From: Gnetum montanum | Taxonomy: Eukaryota > Plantae > Gnetophyta | NCBI GenBank assembly: GCA_015680685.1 | Contig: MNCI01003186.1 | Location: forward strand, 391,068 to 455,067 | DNA length: 64,000 nucleotides | Direction of reading: 5' to 3' | Part shown: one piece after another, positions 1 through 14,699 of the stretch | Layout: each line of letters begins with the position of its first letter | Numbering within the stretch: the stretch's first letter is position 1 | Translations under genes and position numbers: made by a program | Notes under the pieces: model-generated | Database searches by the model: none | What the model was told of the DNA's origin: nothing | Seen by the model: the letters and a program-made list of their open reading frames with translations, nothing else

Positions 1-807
1 TTCATTAACCAAATCGAAATATGGTTATTCTTCTTGGATGTCTTTTCTTGGAAATTCTTCATTTAATAATTGTTGAGGGCAATTTTCCACCTATAAAAAA
101 TATCATTGTCTTCATCAAAATTCTTTTGTTTGCTTTCTTGATGCATTTGACATGATTAATATCCTTACATTTCTTCTTTATGATATTTTTCAATTTATAA
201 ATAGAATTTTATCATTCCTTTGTTCCTAATTTCTCATAAAATCTATCCAAGGGCTTATTCTTAGATTGGGCTACTACTATAATTTTCTTCTTCTTTACCA
301 TTTTATATATTAGCCTATTTTCCTGGATATCACTTTGTTATCATTTTTTAAAGAATTTTATCTTATTTTAGATAGCATGTTAAAATTTATCACCACATCC
401 CTAGGTATCCTTTGGAATATATTTTTTTCCCTTTGTTTCATCCAAAATGTCCTTTTTAATTTTCTAAATGCAACTTTCCATTTGGTCCTTTCCAGAGCAA
501 CTAGGCCCTGTGACTATTATGCATCACATATATAAAATCTGAAAAACTCACCCATGAGATTTGGCATGGTTTTAGAGCTAGCTACCAACTTGATGCTAAC
601 CCTCATGCATGAATATAATTATGATTTTAGTATCATTATACCATTACCTTTTCTTGGTTAGAACCAAAAATAATTGAAAGATAGGCCATGCCAAGATTTG
701 TAGAAGTTTATAACTCAGTGCTACCTAGTAGAATTGGACTTTTGACCTTCGGTTACCAAGCCAAGACTCATACCACTAGGCTAACACCTCATCATTTTTT
801 AAAAAAG

Positions 808-2000
808 GGTCAAGTTCTTCCTATATATTGTCTACTACCATCCCTATTTTTAGCATGCATCTAGCATTAAAGACATGTTGATGAGGAATAAAATTCCTCA
901 AAAGAACTTTGTGTTACTACTAATGTCTATCATATCTACCTCATTTGGAATTCATGTTTAGTAGCTTCTTCCATGTTTTGTAGTTTCTTTGGATTTTCTA
1001 CATTTTCTTCAATCTCTGCCAACCCTCTTTAGCAACTACACATGACATACATAAAATTTTTAATTCATGAAACTTCTTCTCTCTTCAAGATTGCTAAATG
1101 AAGATGGAGTTTAGAAACTTTCAAGTTTTAAATTTTGTGCGTAATTTAGGTCTTTTTGTTGGGCACCCATGCGTTTGTTTGAGTTGTATATCTAAGAGTA
1201 GAAATGATAATTCTACCATTACTATTATTTCTTCCATTGCTTCTACCAGTCAATCTAACTTTTACTTCATTAGAATGACATAGTTCATTAACGTTCATAT
1301 TTTCTTGGGCTAAATTGTGTGCACTTAAATCATGATAGATTAGAATGAGTTGATCGAATGATGCTATGCAATGTTTCTACTTTACATGAAGTTGCTCTCC
1401 TTCAAGCTATCCAAGGAAGCATGTACAACACCAACAAAACCCTTTTCATTCTTTTCATGGATTTTAATCCTTCAGCTAAATCATTAAACATGAAGGATCC
1501 TAAACTCTTGTGGCTCTAACAACAATATCTACATTTGGCAAATGTCTTTCCTAAACTATCCTCTAATGGAGAAATTTTCAAATTGTATAGGTTCCTAATT
1601 TTGTAGTAGATTTAGTTTTGATATTCAAACTTTGTGATCTTTAGATTATTAGCTTGCCCTCACACTTACCAATGTGAAGGTTACCATTTTTTTATTTCAA
1701 ACATGTGTCCATTGTTTTCTTTCATAAATGGTCAAATTCGTTTTATAAATTGTCTACTACCATTCTTATTTTTGACATACATCCAACATCATAGACACAC
1801 TGATGAAAGGTGAGGTTCCTCGAAAGTTCTTCATGATGCTTATGATTTTTGTCATTTCTACCTTATTTGGAATTCATGTTTAGCACCTTCTTCCATGTTT
1901 TGCAATACTTTGGTTTTTCTACATTTTATTTAATATCTACCAATTCTCTTTATTTGCTACACATGATCTAGATAAAAATTTTAAGTCATAAATTTTTTCC
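808..2000. repeat. Diverged ~270-bp direct repeat pair (808-1080 and 1729-2000)
   Basis: GGTCAA..TTGTCTACTACCAT..TCTACCTyATTTGGAATTCATGTTTAG..CTTCTTCCATGTTTTG..CTACACATGA..AAAATTTTTAA occurs twice about 920 bp apart. Confidence 0.8.
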
Positions 2001-2591
2001 AATAATTAGTTATTTGTGTGGTTGTTGCCGTATCTTTAATTTTTTTCTTTTAACTAGAAAGTTTCCCCCTAAAAATAACCATTACCTTATACAACTCAAC
2101 TAGCCATTGATTGTAATGCTATTTATTCTCTCTCTAATCCTTGAGAAATCAGTTGCAACTAATAATGAATCTAGTATGATTCAAATGTATTACAAAGAAA
2201 AAATATGCAAGCTATGGATGATAGTCTAATTTTTAAATATAAAACATTTTTTAAAAAATTGATAAGAAATACAACCATTTAATTTTATTATAAATTAGTC
2301 TTACCAAAAAATTAGGGTTAACGTTTTGTCAATATAAGATTTGTTTGTCAATCTCTCGAAATGCAAATTGTAAATCTTAAGAAGGCTAGATTAGTTTTAT
2401 TTGGTAGTACTATGTTTTAGAAATAGTAGATTCAACCTCTTTACTTAAACAATGATTTTCTAAAAGAAATTAGTCTTTAGAGATAAAATATTTAACATTA
2501 AGATCCTACTTTAGGATGTATGGAACTTAGAACAAGATTAGTGACAAAGCCCTTATATGACAAAGCAATTCTTTTGTCATTTCAACCAATT

Positions 2592-3470
2592 TGATGAAGT
2601 GTATTTTTATTAGCTTTGATATCAGATATTTGATATTGGAGTCCTAATATCCAATACCTAATATTGGGGGCCAAGAAGTGATGTCAGATATCCGATATTG
2701 CGGGATGTATGCCATCCTATAAATATAGTGCTTGGGTGCACGATTTGGGCATAGTTTTTGTCATAGCATAGAAAAGCTCTTGTAGTTTCTTTCCTCTAGT
2801 GTTAGAATATTTTCCAAAGTGAATGCAGTAGGAGTCATTGAGTGTATGGATATTTATTCAAGCACTATTGTATTTGAGCATAGTAATATGTGCTATAATA
2901 AAGATGAACTTTTTGATAAACCTTATAGAACCTTGGCTAGATTAATTATTTTATTTATGAATTTAATGCTTTATGTAATTTTATTTAATGATTCCAAGTA
3001 ATTAAGCTAAGCTAAATTAGCTAAGTTAAATAGCAATAAATTAAGCACATAAGTACAATCACTTTGAGCATGCACATGACGCTTGGTAATCTCAGTAATG
3101 CTTAATGTTTGGTAACCTAGCAGCGTTATACATGTTCAGGATGTGTACAAAAAGTGGGACTGCATACTTATGTTAGGATTAATTAGAGATTAATGAGTTA
3201 GATTAAATTAGCCATTAAATTATTTCATTCTTTTATTTTAAGAATCAAGAATATAAAAGATAAAATATGATAAAATTTAGATGCCTTAGTTGCACTTAAC
3301 CATAACTTTGCATCTCAAATGTGTAATTAGGAAGAAAACTATTATAACAATTAGATTTCACTTCCTAGAACCAGTGTACTTGAAGACTTAATGTCTACAG
3401 AGTTTGACTAGATTATGCATGAATGCTTGTGATTCATATGGTTGGGCGTAGGGATACTTGTTGCTCATCA
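2592..3470 (+). repeat. 5' LTR of element A
   Basis: Starts TGATGAAGTG, ends GCTCATCA; aligns with 11473-12341; TATA (CTATAAATA) near 2717. Confidence 0.92.
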
Positions 3471-3633
3471 TTGACATTATTTTTGAGGACCTTTAGTTTG
3501 TTATGTGACCTATCTAGGATTTAGTGAAAAATTATTTAACATCATTAGAATGAACCCTAAAGTCATATCATACATAAAAATAGCTACAACAATGATAAGA
3601 AAGCACATTTCATTTCTTATCTTCTAATATAAG

Positions 3634-6600
3634 ATGTCTTCTTCTCATAGGAGTGATTCTCTACCCAAGTTTGATGAAGTAAATCAGTAGGTACCCTAGC
3701 AATATAGAGTGATATATGCTCATTCTAATGAGTATGTACCTAATATCACCTTTTTCCTACACTAGGATGAACAACTGCAGTGTCAAGACATGGAGGGTAA
3801 CATTGTGTTGCCACCCAATCAATCTATTCTTGCAATGCAACACCAAACTCTTATGCAATTGGGCATCCAAGAGCTCCATGATGAATATGTTGTGCAGGAT
3901 AGTGATGCTAGGGATTATTATCCCACCAATGCACAACATCTAAGGGATTGGCAACTAGAGTAGCACTATGAGTTTGTAAAGGGTAAGCATTCCAATGATT
4001 TCCCATTCTTGAGGTATCAAAAAGATGGTGGAGAACCCTTCTTTGGGGATTTTCCATATGGAGAGACTCATCTTTTTAACTTTGGTGAAGGTGGTCAAAA
4101 CCAAAACTTGTAGTCCATGATACATAATCCTAGTTTTGACAGATCCCATAAAAAAGGGGGATCCAAGAAGGATAGTTATGGCAGGGATGTGGGCAAGTAG
4201 CATGATCACAATCATGGATGCAACGACTGAAGAGGAGGTGGTATACATGATGATGGTGCTATTTCTTCTGCCTCTTCACCTTTGTCATGATCTTCTTCCT
4301 CTTCTAGCTCCAAATGCAACTGTAGGGGATGTGTTCATGATGGAGGTGACTAACAAGACTGAAATTATCATAGGGACCATCAGGAAAGTTAAGATTCTGG
4401 GCATTGGCATTCAAGAGAGGTCCATCACCATGAATGAAGGGGTAGTAGAGGGCATCATAGGCACCATGCCTACCACAAGGGCCATGGTTATGATGAGCCT
4501 TTGCTTGCAGCTCAAAGTATGCTAAACATCACAAAGGTAGTGAGAATTCCTAAAAGCCATGTAAAGGATAGTCAGATCAAGAAGCTAGACATGAACAATA
4601 TCCTCAAGTTTGAAGGGTGATATAACTCAGATCCACAAAATCATCTTTAGGCCTTTCATGATTCATGTGCCTTGCAAAATATGGAGAACAATTGAAAAAA
4701 GCTTAAGCTATTTCCAAGGACACTTATTAAGGAAGAAAAGAGTTGGTACTAGTTCCTAGAATCAAAATCCATCAAATGGTGGAGTACAATGCTTGAACTG
4801 TTTAATGAAAAATATTAGATGTACTCCCAAGTGTTCAACTTGAGGAGGTAGATCCAAGAATGGAAACAAGGGATGCATGAACCCTTGGACATAGCCATGG
4901 GATGATACTATTCTGTATTATACAAGTGTCCTAGCCATGGTTACTCTCAATAGAAACAACTTCATCATATCATAAATGGGCTTCGATTAGAAATTAGGAG
5001 AACTCTTGAAGTCTATGTTCAAGGGAAATGTTTAAAACTAAGAGCCCATTAGATTCAAAGGTTGATTGAGTAGGTAGCAAAGGAAGAAGGTGAGTTAATG
5101 AAATAAGAAAGTGAAATAGAATATAATAGGAATCCTTCCATTAGAAAGAGGGAGGTCCATTTTTGTGATAATGAGGAGGAGTCACCACTTGATGGGATGG
5201 TGAATAGAAAGACCTTACTGATCCAACAATCTATGTCTAAAATGTTAGCCAAGGTAGATAAAATGTGGGATTCATTGGATGAAAAATTCTAAACTACTCT
5301 AAAAATCATAGAAGCATCAAGAGAACAAAGTAGTGATAGTGACTGTAGGAGGTGAAAAGGAGTTGAATGTGTCCACCAAAGGGGTAAGGGCAAGGTTGTT
5401 GTAGTAGAAGAAGTTGTGAAGATAGAATTGGATGATGATGGTGGATGTGACATTTGCCAATACAAACATACTAAAGGATGTTTTCCTATCATGTCACACT
5501 TGCAAGAGTCTAGAGTGTATGCTCTAAATCCTAGATTGGTAAGAAGACAAGCATCCAAAAGATTGTCTTATCCTCAAGAAAATCCAAGGTAGTTCCACCA
5601 TCAACAACAAGCCTATTATCCAAGTGGAGCTTCACCACAACTGTATGAGAAGTACTAGCAGTGCTAGCACCCATAGTCATGGGGGATGCCACCACCAAGG
5701 TAATAGTACCCTTATAGGTAACTAAATCCATATGGATACTATGTTTAACAAGCCATTTCTCCATATGACTCTTCCAGTCATGCCATCTTCCAACATCACT
5801 ACTACCCTCCAGAGTATTACAAAAATCATTCTCCACCTACTAGAGGAAAAACCCACATTCATATTACCCTCCTCATCATTTTGCATATGTTCCTCTACCC
5901 TCAACCTAGTTACCACCTATTCTGTCAATGCAAGAAGAAATTCAGCCTCTACCATAACAATGCAATACAACAAGGTCTATTAACTTATAGCTAGCTCCTC
6001 AGCTAAGTGCTTTGGAAAGTAGATAAAAAAAGAAACATTTCTTCTGATCCAACATCCCAACTAAACCCTAACATACACCTATAGCTAGCAATCCTACTTC
6101 TCCATCTCCCTTTACATATAATACATTTAAGTTCCTTTCAAACCAAACATCTTCCAAAGTGCATACTATCATGTTAACTCATGTGATAACCAATTGGATA
6201 AAGGCTAGTTGCCTTCCCAGGAAACTATCTAATTCTAGAAGTCCCCTCATTTACCTTTAAATTGCTAGGAATAAGCCTTGCTAGGCTCTTTTAGATTTAG
6301 GTTCTGGGGTTAATTTGATTTCCCATTATATGTATAAGGCTTGGAACCTACCTCCACTTAACAAGAGTAACATCTATCTCAAATTGTTTGATTAGTCCAT
6401 TACTATTCCTTTGGGATTAGTGGAGGACATCATGACCACCGTTTGTGAGTGGTCCTACCTCACTGATTTCTTGGTGATCCAAGTAAACAATTGTAAAGGG
6501 GACTTCTCAATCATTATGGAAAGGACATGGTTAAGCACTGTTGATGTGAGAATGGGCATTTGAGATCTTTCCTTCGAAATCTCTAAAGAAAATGCATTCA

Positions 6601-9430
6601 AAAAGATCGAGAGAAAGAAAGTTCCATGCATCACATATAGTGATATAGGGTGAAAATATGTGTAGAAACTATGGATCATTAACAATGTATCTATCAAAGC
6701 ATGTAGTTAGTATGCTAACATATCTAAAATTCAAAGGTGCCTGTATGCAGTAGCCACAAAATAGAATGACACCTAGTGGCTTATAGCTAATCTTGGAAGA
6801 AACATACTTTGCATAGAACGTACTGAGAGCCTAACATGTGCCTACATCAAAGGCATGGATGAATTGAAGCAAGTTCATCACCAACTCTCTAATAATGCAA
6901 ATGATGATAACTATTGGAGAGAGTTGGAGATTCCTAAAATTTTTTTAAAAAAGCCCCTTGAGCTAAAAGCTCTACTTGTCGACATGGAATATGCATTCTT
7001 GAAAAATGAGAAGTTGGTAATAATTAATGCAAATATTTCTCCTAAATAGAAATAGATGTTACTAAATGTAATCAACAAATGACCAATAGCCTTTGCTTGG
7101 TCATATCCTGAACTCACAAGGATTGATCCTAGGATATGCTGACATCATATCTACATTAATCCAACCATGAAGCCAAATAGGTAGCCACAAAAACAATTAA
7201 ACCTCAAACTAAACTAGATCATAAAAGAGGAAATTTAACAACTCCTCATGGTGGGGTTTATCTATTTCATTATACATAGTGAGTGGGTTAGCTCACTAGT
7301 GATTGTGCTAAAGAAATGTTGTAAGTGGTAGGTTTGCATTGATTTTTAGCTGTTGAATATGGCAACATTTTCTCCATTTTCATTTGTGAATTAGGTGTTG
7401 AAAACTATATCTAGGAATTGCTATTATAGTTTTCTAGATGGTTATAGTGGCTATCACCAAATCTAGAACGTGCTAGAGGATCAGGCCAAAACAACATTTT
7501 CAAGTACTTGGGGGACTTTTGCATATCGAAAGATGCCATTTGGCTTATGAAATATCCTTGACACATTCCAATGCCTAGTCTTAAATATTTTTTAGTTGCA
7601 GATCAATAGCAAGATGAAATTTTTCATGAATGACTTCTCTACCTATGGATCTGCATTTGAGCAAACCTTGGACTGTCTTAAGCAAGTGGTCAAAATATGT
7701 GTAGAGACTAATCTACAAACACTCGATGAGTCTAGACCATTTCACATCATGAAAAATACATCAAATTATACCTTAGGGGTTGTGCTTACATAGTTGGACC
7801 ATAAAAAATGTCCATATTACATTCACTACCCAAGTCAAATTGTTGTGATGCATAGCTAAACTACACCACCACAAAAAAAGAATTGATGGTAGTGGTGTTT
7901 GTCTTAGAGAAATTTAGGCACTATATTATTGGATACAAAGTATTTATGCACATGGATCATAGTGTAATTGACTCTTTGATGAGCAAGTGAATGGTGAGTC
8001 CCCATGTCATACAGTGGTTGGTGATCTTGTAAGAATTCGATTTGACAATGGTAGATCAAAAGAGAACTAAGAATGTGGTCACTGACCACTTGTCTTAGTT
8101 ACAATGGAATAACAAAAAGGAGGAAGGTCCACTGTTTGATTAGTTTCTTGATGAACTCCTCTTTCCTAGGGCTATAACTGAATAATTACCCACTGAGCCT
8201 AAAGGGTACGATGGCATTCTCACCTATCTTCTCACTTAAGAGATGCCACCAGAGTTGGATCATTGAAAGAAACAAAAATTTCTTAAAAATGCTTCATGGA
8301 GATCAATGGGCACCTCTACAAGGTGTGCATCGATGATGTGGTTCATTAATGTGTCTGTAATGTTAATCAACTATGCATCTCTAGAATGCTCATGAGGGTC
8401 CTTGTTCAAGCCACTATACTGGGAGATGCATGACCCTTAATATCTTGATGGTAGGGTATTATTGACTAATACTTTTCAAGAATGCTCACCAATTTATCTA
8501 TTCTTGTGAACATTGCCAACGTGATGGTGGAATGACTGCTCAAATGATGGGACCTTGATAATGGATCTAACCATTGGAATCCTTCAACATATGGGGCATT
8601 GACTTCATGGGTCCCATGATGCCCATGTTAAATGGAAAGGCATACATCATAATCATTATTAACTATTGTACAAAATGGGTAGAAGTAGTAGCTATCACCA
8701 ACAACACATCTTTTACTGCTACTTGATTTTTACAATAGAGTGCTATAACTAGGTTTGGTGTGCCACGTGCATTAATTTTTGATAATAAAACTCACTTTAT
8801 AGGCACTACCTTTTGAAAGATCATGCAATGCTTAAGGGTTGAGCATAAATTAACAAAACTTTATCATCCCCAAGCCAATGGTTAAGTTGAGGTTACAAAT
8901 AGAAAAATCACTAAGATCTTAATGAGAATAGTTAGCAAATATAGAAGATATTGGAGTATGAAACTCAACAATGCCCTTTGAGCTTATCACTCCACCTGGA
9001 AGCTCCCTATAGGCTATCTTTCTATGAGCTGGTGTATGGAAGATTATCAACTCTTCCTATTTAATTCAAGCTCTATACACTTTCAACAGCCTATGACCTT
9101 GACCTTGACTTAAGTCTAGCACAAAAAGAAAGATTGATGAATCTTAACCTACTAGACAAAAATCAATTAGTAGCCCTATAATGAGTTGCAAAAGGAATTC
9201 AAAAAAAAGTACCATGACCTTAGAATTAGGAAAGTCAAATTTCAACTAGGAGATAAGGTCCTCTTCTTGAAACCCACACATAGACCTCAACAAACTAAGT
9301 TCCAAATGTTGTAGGAAAGGCCTTACATCATTTATGAAACTTTTCCTTATAGGCCCATGATGATCTACAAACCTGAGAGCCCACATAAGAAAAAATTGAT
9401 CAACATGCAACAAATCAAACCTTTCCACAA
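3634..9430 (+). pseudogene. gag-pol polyprotein of element A (many stops/frameshifts)
   Basis: ATG at 3634. Gag KFEG..DPQNHL (~4606); zinc knuckle CDICQYKHTKGC (~5446); protease ALLDLGSGVNL (~6286); RT SFLDGYSGYHQI and FMNDF (~7430-7640); RNase H NYTTTKKELM and KNVVTDHLS; integrase WGIDFMGP, YHPQANG, ending IKPFH (~9420). Confidence 0.9.
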
Positions 9431-11472
9431 GCCTAAGCAAGCCAGTGCAACAAATGCCTCATTGGATAGACAACCATTCTCAATCTTTTAGATCTCCTCC
9501 TTTCAACCTAGTCATGGGGAAGATGGCCATCCATGCTAACTATATAAGTGGCTCCTTAGTTTTTCATCTTTTTTTTACACATTTTTGTTTTACACGTTGT
9601 TATTTTTACAACTTTTTATTTTACAGCTTCTTAATCTTATACCTTTTTTCTTTTTTTACATTATTAAATTTTTCCAATTTTTTGTTTTACAAAATTATTA
9701 GTATGTTTTATTTTTCTTAAATATTTTATAATTTCTTGTATATTTTTCTTTATTTTGATGTGATTTTCTTATTATTTTTTAATAATAATGTGCCTTATTA
9801 CCAACTGGGTACAACGTTGTTTGTTTGATATGGGCATGTGCTATTTGGTTATTTGATTGTTGGTATTTGGATTCTAGTTTTGAATTTTGTTATTGATAAC
9901 TAGGACATAGTTTTTTTCATGAAATAAGTAGTGAGTCTACAACATCCACCCAATCATGGACTTTATGGTTTTCCTTGTTCTATAAGTATGAGGTTTCTTT
10001 TTCACTAATAAAACTTTAACAAACCTATGACCTTGATAGTTTTTAGACTTGGAAAGGATTGAAAGGTTTTAACACGGTGTGACTTCAAGGGGACTCTATA
10101 CTCTTTGTACCTTTCTACTTACTTGGGTGCATGTGTGTTTTCATATATTCCTTACCATTTTGTGTTAACAAGTAATAGGAAGTTAAATACGTCTTTGCAT
10201 GGTGTCGTTCTCATTTAAAAAAAAACAATGTGAATTTAAAGCATACCCCTTAAACAAAATAAATGGGCTACAAGCATTGGTTATAGGACTAGAATGACAT
10301 GTTATCCATGCCTAAAGATCCCCTCTAACTAAATCCCTTTCTCACTTCTTGCTTCTCTTTTCTTCTTAAATAAGAAGTGGTGGTTTTTCTATGGGACACT
10401 CTTGTGTCTTAAGGGGATGCACTAGTCTTAGAGTGGTGATGTGAAGTCAATGTGGTTGATTTTGGTCTAGACTAAGGATGGATTTTATCAGGTCACTTTA
10501 ACCAAAAAATTTACAAGGGATTTCATGTGACCTTAATCGAGAACTCCATTCCACTTTCTCTCTCATCCATCTATGCTTTCCATGCCTCACCTCACTACCA
10601 GTGTTCATGTTCTTGTTTAATGTCTTGGTTTGATGTGTCAAAATTCTTAGGTAGTTTCTTCTAGGTTTTCATACTTAACTTTTCGTAACCATTAATTACC
10701 CATGGAGCTCACAGACTCCTTGGTTTGAGGTTATGAAAGGAAAATAATGGGCATGTACTTGCTTTGGGGAGGATCCACTTGCATACCTTTTAGTTGTGTT
10801 AGTTAAATTTTTTATCCTTAGACATTCTAACAATCAAATCCTTTTGCATGCCCCATCAATGACATCCAATTGTGCGCATATTCACAATGTTTTTTAGTGA
10901 AATCATCTTTTTTATTATTATAAATTCTTTAAACCTCTTTAAGCATTTCATCACATTTGGGGTTTTTAGAATTTAATAATGTACCATTTATCCATTTCAA
11001 CCTATTTTTCAATTTTCCCACTAACACTATTAAATGAATTAATCCATCATAATCATAACCTAACTAATTGTAACTACTGACAATACAAGGTATCTAAAGG
11101 ATATACAATACACATTGTACACTAATCCATAATTTTGTTGTGATTGTAGTGGGAAGAATGGATTGGAAGCAAGGCTATATTCACCAAAGAAGAAGTAGTA
11201 GCATCCTTCATGATCATTGAATCTTCTTCCTTGCTCTTTAGCTACCAAAGAAGTTGGATGTTAGTTTTGGCTAGGGTGTTTAATTCTATTATCATGAACA
11301 TCCAATTTTGTAAAAGATTGCAAATCCATACACTTGGGCATTTAGAATCTATCTATTCCATCTAAGTTAGTTTGCATGTCAGTCAATAATCTCATAGCTT
11401 CCCAATATTTTATAAGGGACTTGTTCCTCCTTTTGTTCACTCGAGGACAAGTTTTCATTCAATCATGGAGGA

Positions 11473-12341
11473 TGATGAAGCATACTTTTGTCAGCTTTGA
11501 TATCAAAGCCTTGATATCGAATACCTAATATTAGGGGCCAAGAAGCGATGTTAGATATCTGATATCGTAGGATGTGTGCTGACTTATAAATATAGTGCTT
11601 GGATGCATAGTTTGGGCATAAGTTTTATCATAGCATAGTAGAGCTCTTATAGTTTTTTTTCTTTAGAGTTAGAATATTTTTCAAAGTTCCTACAATAGGA
11701 GTTATTGAGTGTATAGATCTTTATTTGAGCACTATTGTACCTAAGCACAGTAGTATGTGCGAAAATAAAGATAAACTTTCTGATAAACCTTGTAGCACCT
11801 TGGATAGATTAATTATTTTATTTATGCATTTAATGATTTATGTAATTTTATTTAATTCTTTCAAGTAATTAAGCTAAGCTAAGTTAGCTAAGTTAAATAG
11901 CAATAAATTAAGCACATAAGTACAACCACTTCAAACATGTGCACAACGCTTGGTAATCCCAGTAACATTTAATATTTGGTAACCCAGTAGTATTATATGT
12001 GTTCAGGATATGTACAGAAAGTGGGACCAGATACTTATGTTAGGATTAGTTAGAGATTAATGAGTTAGTTAGATTAAACTAGCCATTAAATTATTTCATT
12101 CCTTTATTTTAAGCACCAAGAACATAAAACATAAAAAATGATAAATAACAAATGCCTCAGTTGCACTTAACCATAACTTTGCATCTCACAAGTGTAATTG
12201 GGAAGATAACAATTGTAATGATTATATTTCACTTCCTTGAACAAGTGTACTTGAAGACTTAAGGTCTATGGAAGTCAACTAGATCATGTGTGAACACTTG
12301 TGATTTGTATGGTTAAGTGTAGGGATACTCACTGCTCATCA
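11473..12341 (+). repeat. 3' LTR of element A
   Basis: TGATGAAGCA...GCTCATCA, preceded by CTCGAGGAC..ATGGAGGA (Athila-type 3' motif/PPT). Confidence 0.92.
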
Positions 12342-14699
12342 TAAAGGGTAGGAAAAGGATTAGGTCTTCCTCACTTTTGAAAGCATCCATAAGGGATAAA
12401 TTAATACAAAAAAGTTAATCCTCATCATTTTAAATTATTATAGCATTCTTTGGTTTATGATATTTGTAAATGATATTATATTAATAAATACATATCAAGA
12501 AAATATTATTTCTAAAATGGAAAAGTCAAAATATATTTTTAGAATCAAAAGATTGAAAAATTAGAAGACATGATATATGGAATATAATTTCAATAAAAGT
12601 AAAAATAATGAATTGATATAAGTAACTATTCAAAGCCAAAAAATTCCTCATTGTAATTAGTTTTACTACTTAGGATGAGTATTCTAATCAAATGGAAAAA
12701 TTGATAAAGATATAATATATAGGTAGGATACTCAAAAATAAGATAGATTAGTTATTTTATATATAATACAAGAATTCAAATAAAACTAAAAGAAGAATTT
12801 TACAATACAATAACTAAACTCACTTTTTTATATGGTAGTAAATGTTTGGCTATACAAAAAAGACATGAACAACAAATCATTATGGCAAAAATGTAGATGC
12901 TTAATTGGATGTTGATTGTGACAAGAAGAAATAAATTGTACAATATAGATAGTAGAAAAAGGCTTTAAATGAATTCTATTTTAGATAATATACAAAAATG
13001 ACTTAAATAGTTTGATGATGTGCAAAGAAGATCAAACAATAATCCAATGAAAAAAATTATTCCATCACTATTCTATGAAAGCCATCCAAAAGAATATAAA
13101 TAAATACATAGGAAAAATAATTGATGATGATATAAAGAAATTGCCAATAGACAAGGATATGGCTCTTCATTGAAGCAAGTGGTAAAGTAAAACTCATGTA
13201 GTAGATCTCATTTTGTTGAGACAAATCTAGGATGATAATGTTGATGGCATCTACTAAGCACAAACCCACCTCATGTACTTCTCTTTCATATTTTGTATTA
13301 TGTGTTTGTCCATAGAAAATTCCATCTATAATATACCAAATCATGCTACAATGTAAAAGCTATCATCCACAATAATTCTAGTAATGTTTCTTTTATTTAA
13401 AAAGTTATACACATTTTTCCTATCATACACACTATAGTAGAGCTACCCAAACCTGAGATTGCTTATTACTAGGTTCATTTAGATGCTATTTTTTAAATAA
13501 ACTTAATTATATTATGTGAAATTGGTTGCATTTATCTTCACATTCATTGAAATTTTTCTCACATCAAACTTAAAAATTAATATTAATAAAATAAAATATT
13601 TCTAGTTCTTGTAAGTAAAAAGTATAGCTACTATTCTATATTACCCCTCCCTCTATAGATATTCTTTGATTGGTAGTCTTTCTATAATTTCTTTAACTAT
13701 AAATAATCGTAGTTATGAGGCATAAACTTGTTCTTAAAATAACATTAGAATTGAACCTAATCTATCACTCTTATAATCTTGAATGCTTGGATTTGTGCAT
13801 TTGAACTATAGTGTTATGATGTGTGATGCATGGATCTGATTTTAGCATGTGGATATGTAGTGTGCTTAATATGGATCTCATAGGTCCAAATAGATTTTAA
13901 TTTGGAGTGCCGATGTATTTATTATGCATGTTTGAGATGCAGGGTATTGGTTGGGAAGGAAATAAAAGAAATAGACTTATGAAAATATGTATAATTTAAA
14001 AGTAAAAATGCAATGCAAGTGACGTGAGAAGCACATATGAAAAGTATATATTAAATATAAAATAAAGCATATCATATGAATCTAAACATGATATCAATAA
14101 TTTTTTTCATTACTTTCTTCATTAGGTTGGTAGTATCTTCAAGTTTTCTATTTTTTCTTCAATAGAAACCAATTCAATGCCTGTCTCTTTATTTTTTCTA
14201 TTTCTTAATACTTGTGAATTTTGGCCTTATGGATGAATTTTGCTTTATTTTGAACCTAGATTTGGTATTTGTACGATCATGTCTACATGAGGACAAGATT
14301 GATTTGGAGTACAACAACATCATGCCAAATTTCTTTGGGTTTCATGCTTGTTTTGGACTTTTTACATTGACAAATTTAATTAGTGGGTTATCTTGATATT
14401 TCTCTTATATTTTTATTTTTGATTAGTGAATACGATCATGTGGTGTGGACATGTGGGGTAAATAAATTAAAGATTGAGTTTGGAAGTATCATTTTGCAGA
14501 TTATTCGAAATTTGCAGTTATATTTGTAGATTATGCATTAATAATTATGCAATGAATATAATGATTTGGAGCTTGTAGAAAATTAGCTGTAATGTTGAAG
14601 GGACTAGCATGGCTTTAATATTATGTATTATGAGTATGTTTTTATTTAGGTACTTTTAGGAGTTTTGATTATCACTTTTGGTAATTAAATATTATAATT

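Larger units (their letters stand above)
2592..12341 (+). mobile_element. Ty3/Gypsy LTR retrotransposon, Athila-like, decayed (element A)
   Basis: Two ~870-880-bp direct LTRs with TGATGA...TCATCA termini. Internal gag-PR-RT-RH-INT remnants in Gypsy order. No matching TSD. Confidence 0.92.

Noticed and set aside
12342-13640. AT-rich stretch with a KCRC motif suggesting a viral or Gag zinc knuckle
   Set aside because: No complete motif or sustained reading frame.
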